Shown: piece by piece, positions 17,280 to 26,780 of the stretch
Position numbering within the stretch: the stretch's first letter is position 1
Layout of the letters: each line of letters starts with the position of its first letter
IMG/VR virus record: IMGVR_UViG_3300020151_000653
Coordinates: 1 to 31,665 of that record
Origin: a virus
Lineage: Duplodnaviria > Caudoviricetes
DNA: 31,665 nt
Direction: 5' to 3' (one strand)
Program-made: the position numbers and the translations under genes
The notes under the pieces: generated by a model
Told to the model about the DNA's origin: nothing
Databases searched by the model: none
The model's input: the letters and a program-made list of their open reading frames with translations, nothing else

Positions 17280-18082
17280 CGCTCGTTTCTAGGTCGAATA
17301 AGATCCTTGTGGTTGCTACGCCCTGTGTTCTTTCTATTGCCTTTAAGGTGATCCAGATATGCGCCCCAGGCAGTGTTGATTAGCGGATGGCCTTCGCCCT
17401 TGATCAATCCCGCACTCCAGTTTAACACTTGCCATTCAGGATGTTGAGCCTGCACTTCTTTTCTAGTTTCGTCAAACACCCAACAATCATTCCATTCAGC
17501 CATGGTCATCAGGCGGCCCGAATCATATGCCAATTGGAACTCTTTCAACCACAGTCTGGTAATAGAGTTATTTAGATTCATGCCATACAAACCACATTCG
17601 CTGAACTTCTTTTCTCTACCCAAGTAGGCCAGGCCCACTGTGTTAGGCATCTGTAGCAGTAGAAATGCTGTGTGGAGTGGTGTATGGCACACCATGTCGG
17701 CATCCATCCAAAACAGCACATCTGACGAGCAGTTGGCAGCAGCATGAAACACACTGTATGCTTTATGACTGAAGCGTATGGCATCCCAACGGAATCCCAG
17801 GCCAGGTGCTTTGCCTTTGGCATCCATGGGTCCTGTGGCCACTTCGCCTCGGGCTCGAGGATCAGGTCCCCATTGTTGTTTAAAAGCAACTATTTCTGGG
17901 CTTGCCTCATGTAAGTTTCGTATATGTAAGTTCGGGGCTGTTTGTGTGATTGCACAATCTTCTGTGTAAACATATAACTCAACTTCTCTAGGCCAAGTCT
18001 TTAAGAATGTGTCAATCATCCGGCTGGCATATCGATCGTAACCTGATTGATTGAATGTGGTCACTACTGCGTATTTGGTCAT
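17255..18082 (-). CDS. GT-A glycosyltransferase, paralog of 16548-17279
   Basis: VVTTFN, RFSHKAY, LFWMDADM, SECGLY, WNDCWVFD, DHLKG. Start ATG 18082 overlaps the upstream stop (ATGA). Confidence 0.8.
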   Translation of the reverse strand: MTKYAVVTTFNQSGYDRYASRMIDTFLKTWPREVELYVYTEDCAITQTAPNLHIRNLHEASPEIVAFKQQWGPDPRARGEVATGPMDAKGKAPGLGFRWDAIRFSHKAYSVFHAAANCSSDVLFWMDADMVCHTPLHTAFLLLQMPNTVGLAYLGREKKFSECGLYGMNLNNSITRLWLKEFQLAYDSGRLMTMAEWNDCWVFDETRKEVQAQHPEWQVLNWSAGLIKGEGHPLINTAWGAYLDHLKGNRKNTGRSNHKDLIRPRNERYWSSASS

Positions 18083-18726
18083 TGTGGAATCCATATAGTA
18101 TTGGTTTTGCTCTTCACTGAGGATGCTGTGTAAGGTCCGCACAGATCATTTAGCCATTGACGATGCTGTTCTCTTTGTCCGTTATCCTCTAACAACAACC
18201 AAGGTCGATTTCTTTGTATAGTGTCACGACTGCCTTCTAACACTGCGTTTTCAAAACCCTCAACATCGATCTTGATCCAGTCAACTGATTGAAAATCAAA
18301 TTGATCCAGTGTGGTTAGTTCTCCGGTATGTTTTTCAAACTCAGGGTTAGGAACAAATTCTTCAACTTGTTTGGTGTGTCCACATTTAAGGGTTTGTAAT
18401 TCAAATGTCACTATTTGATCTTTATCGCCAAGCCCTAAGTTATGCAATTCTACATTGTCGTAATTTTCTAGATTTTTTTGCAAGACTTCAAAGTTTTTGA
18501 ATACTGGTTCAAAGCAGATCACTCGTTCAAACAGTTCTGCCGAAGGACGAGCAAAGATGCCAATGTTGGCACCAATGTCGATCATGGTTCGTTTTCTTGG
18601 GATGTTGTTGAAAATGTAGTAACGATAGCGTTGTTGATAATGTATATCAACTTGTTCCTGTAGCCTTACACTAAACCAACCATCCGGTGGTTCAGAGCTA
18701 TACCAAAGTGAGTTTATTTTGTACAT
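18079..18726 (-). CDS. FkbM-family methyltransferase
   Basis: IDIGANIG, CFEP, IKIDVEGFENAVLEG. Confidence 0.92.
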   Translation of the reverse strand: MYKINSLWYSSEPPDGWFSVRLQEQVDIHYQQRYRYYIFNNIPRKRTMIDIGANIGIFARPSAELFERVICFEPVFKNFEVLQKNLENYDNVELHNLGLGDKDQIVTFELQTLKCGHTKQVEEFVPNPEFEKHTGELTTLDQFDFQSVDWIKIDVEGFENAVLEGSRDTIQRNRPWLLLEDNGQREQHRQWLNDLCGPYTASSVKSKTNTIWIPQ

Positions 18727-18758
18727 TGATGGTTTCCGATAACTATTTACTACATATT

Positions 18759-20579
<1,821 letters not shown>

Positions 20580-21031
20580 TCACACTGTAATATCTTCCAT
20601 GCCTGCAGTACGAAGACGGACTACATGCCCTAACATAAAATTCTTCGATTCGAGAGATTTCATTATACCCAACCAACGATTGCGTAGCAATGCTACTTCG
20701 TTGATGATAGTTTCAAAGTCCACAACTTCATCTTCACCCTCTGCGTATTTTTCAGCATCTCTTGAAGTAAGTGCGCGAGCGTATCCTTCTAGATACTTTT
20801 GGAAATGTTTTCTACGTATCTTGCGTAATTGTATGTTGAGATAGTTTAGAACAGCTTCAATCTCTTGAAGTTGATTGAAGCGTTGTTCAGTGATACCGGG
20901 CAAAGCAGTGATATTTTTTCCAGCACACCCGAGATCTTACAATCTCGTTTGGCCAGTTCAAGCTCTGCCTCGCAATGGTCTATGAAATCAGGCAAAGCAT
21001 CTAACCCAGCCACTATGCGACTATACCACAT
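20580..21031 (-). CDS. uvsY: UvsY-like recombination mediator, interrupted by a 1-nt frameshift in an A6 run
   Basis: MWYSRIV...GVLEK joins NITALPGITEQRFNQLQEIEA...LRTAGMED if one A is added at 20914-20919, giving 150 aa; LTSRDAEKY motif; close to uvsX. Confidence 0.72.
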
Positions 21032-21033
21032 GT

Positions 21034-22284
21034 TTAAATTCCGTTTTCTATAAAGTATTGAGCAATATCTGGAAACAATTTTTTCCAATCAGTATTGCGT
21101 CGTTGATCTATCATGTCTAGTGTAACACAAAGTTTGGATAATCGCAACGGGTCTGGCTTTTCTGCATCAAGCATTAGACATATACCTTCTAATCGTTTGC
21201 GTGTTTCTATATCCCACTCTGTTGCGATCGGATAATGCTCTAACAACGTATGTAATTTATCTTTGAAGAATGTTGCTCCAAACATGCCAGGATGATATAT
21301 TTCTTCATATCCACTATCAACCATATGATATGCCTGTGTAATTTTTGGATTTTGGATTTTGTATTCTGCTATGCGTTGTTGAAACTCAAGTGCAGTTCCG
21401 ATACTCAATGCAGTAACAACTTGATGCACCGATATAGACAACCACTTGTGAGTTATTAAATATTCAAAATTTTCTTGCCAGCGTTTGAGATCCAACCCAT
21501 CTCTGATGAATTCTGCTTGTGGCCCCCAGCAATCTAAACTAGCGTCAATGTGTAATCGTTTAATTTTTTTATTGACTATTAGATTTTTGCAAGTTTCAAC
21601 AAAGCGTTTTACTGTATCTGGGCCGGCATTTAAGTTTGTGTTAACTGAAATAGTTAAATTTTGATTTTTTTTGGTGCCTATAAATTCTAGTATGCTCCAC
21701 ATTTCCTTTTGCAAAAACGGTTCACCCCCCAGGATGCTTACTCGATCAAGGTGTTGATAATTTTGATCTAACCAATTTAACCATGCAGTAAAATATTGAT
21801 CTCTGTTGGATAGTTGTTTTATTGGCACAATACCAATAGGGTAAGGTCCGTATTTTTTAAGTTCGTCGTTGATCCTTGAACTAAAACCTGGTAAACAATA
21901 CACACACGCAAGATCGCAAGTGTTGGTCAAATAAAGTTCAGCAATGCGAGGGGTTACCCGTTGATCGCCCAGCGAGTCGAAATCCACCGGGGTAAGACCA
22001 GGAATGTCATTATGATACAGCCTATCACTTACACCACCTTGCTTTTCGACATTTTCACAATACTCGCAACCACGCCCCGGCCATTCACCAGCTAGCATTT
22101 TTTGTCTGTCTTTGAGTACTTCAGGAGTATTATGAAAATCATCAAACTTGTCTAAAGGAACTGTCACAGGTTTTACTCTGTGACAGCTACTTGATGTTGC
22201 ATTATAAAGTCTGAATGTGTTCCAGGCCCACTTGTACACACATGCTGTGTCGTTACGAATGGGGAACACCTGATTTGTCATCAA
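21034..22284 (-). CDS. Radical SAM protein with an N-terminal Cys-rich (Twitch/SPASM-like) module
   Basis: CDLACVYC, ILGGEPF, VNTNL, ASLD; N-terminal ACVYKW..SCHR..CEYC. Confidence 0.9.
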   Translation of the reverse strand: MMTNQVFPIRNDTACVYKWAWNTFRLYNATSSSCHRVKPVTVPLDKFDDFHNTPEVLKDRQKMLAGEWPGRGCEYCENVEKQGGVSDRLYHNDIPGLTPVDFDSLGDQRVTPRIAELYLTNTCDLACVYCLPGFSSRINDELKKYGPYPIGIVPIKQLSNRDQYFTAWLNWLDQNYQHLDRVSILGGEPFLQKEMWSILEFIGTKKNQNLTISVNTNLNAGPDTVKRFVETCKNLIVNKKIKRLHIDASLDCWGPQAEFIRDGLDLKRWQENFEYLITHKWLSISVHQVVTALSIGTALEFQQRIAEYKIQNPKITQAYHMVDSGYEEIYHPGMFGATFFKDKLHTLLEHYPIATEWDIETRKRLEGICLMLDAEKPDPLRLSKLCVTLDMIDQRRNTDWKKLFPDIAQYFIENGI

Positions 22285-22547
22285 TTTTCCCAGTCGTCGG
22301 CGTGATGATCTTCTTCCTCGTCGATCTCATCTTCATCCTCGTAGGATTTGTCGTCGTCAAGATATGCTGTAAGGGCACGTTTGATATCGGGTTCGCTCTT
22401 GAAAGTTTCTTTAATATCATCTACATCACAGTCGTTGTCAATCAAGATAGCCACAACTGTTTCGGCTGCTTCATCACGATCTACTGTGTTTACATAACGT
22501 TTGAGTTCAGACCACATCTCGCTGGCCACTGCTACTGCTTCATTCAT
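22281..22547 (-). CDS. Small acidic hypothetical protein
   Basis: MNEAVAV...; ATGA overlaps on both sides; D/E-rich tail. Confidence 0.75.
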   Translation of the reverse strand: MNEAVAVASEMWSELKRYVNTVDRDEAAETVVAILIDNDCDVDDIKETFKSEPDIKRALTAYLDDDKSYEDEDEIDEEEDHHADDWEN

Positions 22548-23599
22548 TCCGCTGTCTCCTCTGCGGTACTTACCTCTTCTCGATGATTTCCAAAGTCTTT
22601 CATGGCACGATCCAAACAACCTTCTTCATTAGCTTCCCACTTCTTGCGAAACTTCTTGATGATCTCGCCATCGCTGGTCACAAACACTAAACTGTTGCCT
22701 TCTTTCTTTAACAGATTGCGTTTCTCCATGAGATCCACCATGCCGGAGAAAGGACTCATACCTGTTTCATACGGAATTTTAACTTGTACACCTTCAAAGG
22801 GTTTTGAGTAACGTGTTTTCATCACTTTGCAAGCAGCACGAATGCCCATGACGTCTGTGATTTTGTTGCCATCCTCGTCCTCTTTGAGTTTGAGTTTTTT
22901 CATAGCAACTACGATACTGCTAGCGTAGATGAAACCCTGACCGCCGGATATTTTATCGTCGGGGTCAAACATGTCTTGGCTTGCGTATGTGTGATTAGTA
23001 CAAACCAACCCTACATTGTATGAACCAAACATGTTCACACAATTACGCACAAGACTAGTAAGTGCCTTGGGCTTACGGCCCATGTCACCTTTCATATCGC
23101 CGGCATCAAACTGGTTTACATCAGTAGGCGTAAGCAACATACCCAAGCTGTCAATCACAAACATGACCTTAGGACGTTCGCCTTCGGGCAAGGCCTTGTA
23201 GTCGCTCATGAACGTACTGATTGTTTTGGCCACATCATCAATCATGGCCATACTTAGTTTAAGTAGTTTGTCTTGGCTGGTATCTACACCAAGTGCTTTA
23301 AGCCAATCTTCATCCAGTGCGTTCTCGCTGTCAATCAGCACAACATAGATGCCTTGTGCTTGGGCGTTCTTGATGATGTTACCAGAGCAGATATAACTTT
23401 TACCTGCGCCGGATTCACCTGCAAACACAGTGACTTTGCCCAAAGGAATACCTTTGTTAAAGTCGCCTGAAATTAGATAGTTCAAGGCATAATTGCCTGT
23501 GGAGATCCAGTCTGTTGGATCGTTAAAGCCGATTGAAAGGCCTTCGATGCTTTTGGTGATTTCCTTGCGGAACTTACTTACGTCAAATGGTTTTCCCAT
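22544..23599 (-). CDS. uvsX: RecA/UvsX-like recombinase
   Basis: WISTG, GESGAGKS, LIDSENA, VIDSLG, TNHTY, SGGQGFIYASS; SD AAGGA upstream. Confidence 0.95.
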   Translation of the reverse strand: MGKPFDVSKFRKEITKSIEGLSIGFNDPTDWISTGNYALNYLISGDFNKGIPLGKVTVFAGESGAGKSYICSGNIIKNAQAQGIYVVLIDSENALDEDWLKALGVDTSQDKLLKLSMAMIDDVAKTISTFMSDYKALPEGERPKVMFVIDSLGMLLTPTDVNQFDAGDMKGDMGRKPKALTSLVRNCVNMFGSYNVGLVCTNHTYASQDMFDPDDKISGGQGFIYASSIVVAMKKLKLKEDEDGNKITDVMGIRAACKVMKTRYSKPFEGVQVKIPYETGMSPFSGMVDLMEKRNLLKKEGNSLVFVTSDGEIIKKFRKKWEANEEGCLDRAMKDFGNHREEVSTAEETAE

Positions 23600-24506
23600 G
23601 ATGGTTTCCTTGTAATGATTTGATCAATGTTATATTATTATTGTCTAAAAAGCAATGACTATCTTGCCAATTTAATACTTTTGGATGTCGCCCAAGCGTT
23701 ATACAAATTTTAGCAATGACTAGTGCTCTTTCCCATGATTGTAAACTGACTGATGTCTGAGTTGAGCTTATAACATTATTATGTGCTTGTTCTATATTTT
23801 CTAACCAAGACAGATGAGGTTGATTTGCTTTCAACATTGCAGAGTAAAACTCGTCGCTGCGTTGATGATCGTACTTCCATTTCAAATGTTCGGCGATCCG
23901 TTCTAATGCTTGTATTTTTTTTGAAAAATAGTCACTTAGATAATATATCGGTGCATCAAACAAAGCAGATTGTCCAGAAAGTATCAACATATCAAAATAT
24001 GCCTCGGATAAAAATTCTACTAGATTAGATTCAGTTGTCAACAACACTTTAGGAGGTTGATATGTATTCTGAATTTCTTCTTGCACATATTTAGGTAACT
24101 TATAAATTTCTTCATAGCAAGCACAATCTGGCCAACTTGGATCTCGTAAACCACTATAAAAATCTGCCCAATCATCGTTAGGTTGAATTTTTCTTTCAAA
24201 AAAATCAGTTAAGTTTGATAGTGCTGGTACATCGTTATACCACTTAAAATAACTCATTCTAACCTGTAATATACTAAACCACTCATCAGATCTAAGTTGC
24301 AATATACATTTTAAATCTGAGTTTGGAAATTCTATAAGATGGTGTGCTATTAACTCAGTCTGATTTAACTTTGATATTTTATGTGAATTACCTGTATCTG
24401 AAAAGAAATTTTCTAAATCTAGTTCTACCTGACCACAAGAATAAAGTACATGGGCTAATACTGTATTGCCCATGCCTCCATTTCTATAGTCTATGCAGTA
24501 AGTCAA
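23583..24506 (-). CDS. Hypothetical protein (N-terminal Gly-rich loop; internal RDPSWPDC motif)
   Basis: 307-aa AT-rich ORF; TTG start directly abuts the SSB stop codon. Confidence 0.7.
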   Translation of the reverse strand: MTYCIDYRNGGMGNTVLAHVLYSCGQVELDLENFFSDTGNSHKISKLNQTELIAHHLIEFPNSDLKCILQLRSDEWFSILQVRMSYFKWYNDVPALSNLTDFFERKIQPNDDWADFYSGLRDPSWPDCACYEEIYKLPKYVQEEIQNTYQPPKVLLTTESNLVEFLSEAYFDMLILSGQSALFDAPIYYLSDYFSKKIQALERIAEHLKWKYDHQRSDEFYSAMLKANQPHLSWLENIEQAHNNVISSTQTSVSLQSWERALVIAKICITLGRHPKVLNWQDSHCFLDNNNITLIKSLQGNHHGKTI

Positions 24507-25490
24507 TTACTTGTTTTGGCGAGCGCGGATCATGGCCAAGATGTCCTCGGCCTTTTTGTTGCCTTCTGCTGGCTTGGCCACTGGTGCTGTTGCCACAGGA
24601 GTATCCTCGTCATCAAAAGAATCTACAGGTGCCTTCACAGCAGGTGCTGCTTTGGCTGCCGGAACATCTTCGTCCGCATCTGCTGCTGGTGTGCCAGCAG
24701 GTGCATTCATTCCAGCAGGACGGAAGTATTGTCCCCAACGCTCCATGTCAAATGGTTGACCATCTACTGATGCTTCAAACATTTCTTTCATGACCCGGAG
24801 TTCTACATCTGTAGGTTTCTTGGGCAAGAATGAGCTTAGATCAAACAGGCCATGTGTGTCAATTGCTGTTTGTTCTGCTTCGGTCAGCGCACTTTCTTTA
24901 CGTGCCCACTTACTAGTGTTGTAGTCAGCATAGCCACCTTTTTGTGTCTTGGTGATACGGAAGTCCAATCCTGCTGAGTAGTCAGTAGGCATGTTCTCCA
25001 ATTCTGGATCCATCAACGCACTCTTGATCAGTGTGAAGATTTGTGGTCCGATGATAAAACGTCGGATTGGGTTTGCTGGTGTTTTGTCATCAGCAATAGG
25101 GTTTTCACGTACAAAGCCTTGGAAGATGTAGCTACGCTTCTTCCAATATTTACGACCCATGTCTTCGAGACTAGGATCCTTGAACCAAGGGCTGACCTCT
25201 GACAGTATCGGGCAGGTTTCGTTCCACATGTGCATGCATGGTACTTGCACCATCACTTGCTTGGAATCCATTTCTCCTTTGACGCCGTTGAAGGGCAGTC
25301 GAATCATGGCCCGTTCGGCCCAGAAGAATGTGTTTTTGGAATTTGCGTCCGGTAAAAATCGAACTGTTGCGGATTGGCCTTCATCCATGTTCCAGTGTGG
25401 ATAGATTGGGTTTTCACCTCCACTGCCACCTGTTTTGCCTTTGTTCTCTGCTGCCTGTAGTCGTGCTCTGATTTCTGCTAAAGTTGCCAT
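24507..25490 (-). CDS. Single-stranded DNA-binding protein (T4 gp32-like)
   Basis: TVRFLP, CPI, YWKKRSY, GLDFRITK, YADY; Ala/Pro/Asp-rich tail; SD AGGAG. Confidence 0.9.
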   Translation of the reverse strand: MATLAEIRARLQAAENKGKTGGSGGENPIYPHWNMDEGQSATVRFLPDANSKNTFFWAERAMIRLPFNGVKGEMDSKQVMVQVPCMHMWNETCPILSEVSPWFKDPSLEDMGRKYWKKRSYIFQGFVRENPIADDKTPANPIRRFIIGPQIFTLIKSALMDPELENMPTDYSAGLDFRITKTQKGGYADYNTSKWARKESALTEAEQTAIDTHGLFDLSSFLPKKPTDVELRVMKEMFEASVDGQPFDMERWGQYFRPAGMNAPAGTPAADADEDVPAAKAAPAVKAPVDSFDDEDTPVATAPVAKPAEGNKKAEDILAMIRARQNK

Positions 25491-25587
25491 AGTTGTTTCT
25501 CCTATAAAGTTGCCTATGTAAAATGCCTATCTAATTATTTAGATTGTGTTGCCTGTGCCACAAATGAAAAAGCGCAAACACAGTAGT

Positions 25588-25616
25588 AGTATATGCGCTT
25601 TCTGTCTCTGTGTCAA
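25588..25616 (-). promoter_or_regulatory. Sigma70-type promoter for the SSB/recombination operon
   Basis: TTGACA (25616-25611), 17-nt spacer, TATACT (25593-25588). Confidence 0.85.
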
Positions 25617-25671
25617 TGTTATTTATGTCATTTGAACAAACTCAGAGATTTTATTTTTGCCGTGTGACTTA

Positions 25672-26769
25672 TTAGTTTTTTTCCAAGTAGTCTAGTTTGT
25701 TTTGCAAGTGTCGGATCTGTTCTTGCATGGTAGGTGGGGCCAAGGGTTGTAGATTGCCACTTAGTTTAATGCTATCATGTAGTTTTCGCAATTCTTCCCT
25801 TCCGCCATTTGCCCAATCTTCTTCAGGACCCAGAAATACCGCAGTGTACATGTGAATTCCTGGGCCTGCTTTTGATTGAAAAGTATAAAATTGATACAAT
25901 TCACATAAAACAATTGCTCTGCCATCAGCAGGACGTTTCATTTTGTGCAGAGAACCAAACGCTCTACCAAATGGACCTGATGTGCGGACATCGGTATCGC
26001 CTTGGAAATCTGTATAACCCATTCTCTTGTACAAGGGCGCGAATGCGTCGCCTCCTGCAGATGCATTGGTACCAAATTCCGTCCAAATACCAATACCACC
26101 TGTAGATTGATGACGGTCACCGTCAAGCAATACCAGCACTGAATTTTTCCAATTCCAAGCATCAACTACTTTCTTACCGGTGCCCCTGGCATCTTCTAAT
26201 CTTTGTATTTCTGCTTCAAGACCTCCTCTGGTAGGTTTACCACCATATGCTGCACTGACGGCAAAAATATCCTGCTTGACATAGTCTTCTGCACTATTAC
26301 CATACTTGTCTATTTCTTGCCCTCGGGCATTAGTTGGATCTTTGCCTTTGCGGCCAAAGCCGCCTGGAGGTGGAGTAACTTCACTAGCTGAACCGTCTGG
26401 ATTTTTCATAAAGAATTTTTGATCCGCGGCCGTTGCGGCATTGGGCCCTGCCTTGACCTGCCATGATTTATCATCAGTTGGTTCTGATGATCCTGGCGGT
26501 CCTGCTTTATTAGAACCTGGTGTGGCAGGACCTGGTGTGGCAGGACCTGGTGTGGCAGGACCTGGTGATCCTGCTGCAGGATCACCTTTGACAACAGTCT
26601 TGGTAGCAGGATCAAAAATGTTACCAATATTACTGCCTATTTGTCCCAAGCGATCACCGGCATCTTTACCAAAAATTCCGCCAATAGCTGATCCAATTTT
26701 ACGGCCAATTTCGCCTTCTTCCAGGCGAGTCAAATGTTCAACTAATAATTTTATATCTGTATTATCCAT
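25672..26769 (-). CDS. Hypothetical, possibly virion-associated protein (Gly-zipper, Pro/Gly linker, globular C-domain)
   Basis: 365 aa; SD GAGG; IGSAIGGIFG; (PGPAT)x3. Confidence 0.75.
   Translation of the reverse strand: MDNTDIKLLVEHLTRLEEGEIGRKIGSAIGGIFGKDAGDRLGQIGSNIGNIFDPATKTVVKGDPAAGSPGPATPGPATPGPATPGSNKAGPPGSSEPTDDKSWQVKAGPNAATAADQKFFMKNPDGSASEVTPPPGGFGRKGKDPTNARGQEIDKYGNSAEDYVKQDIFAVSAAYGGKPTRGGLEAEIQRLEDARGTGKKVVDAWNWKNSVLVLLDGDRHQSTGGIGIWTEFGTNASAGGDAFAPLYKRMGYTDFQGDTDVRTSGPFGRAFGSLHKMKRPADGRAIVLCELYQFYTFQSKAGPGIHMYTAVFLGPEEDWANGGREELRKLHDSIKLSGNLQPLAPPTMQEQIRHLQNKLDYLEKN
26515..26567. repeat. Perfect 15-bp tandem repeat, 3.5 copies (ACCTGGTGTGGCAGG), in-frame, encoding PGPAT
   Basis: Direct reading of the sequence. 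Confidence 0.95.
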
Positions 26770-26780
26770 ATATGACCTCT

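Noticed and set aside
26515-26567. Tandem repeat as a possible CRISPR array
   Set aside because: There are no spacers; the 15-bp unit is in-frame coding sequence, and no cas genes are present.
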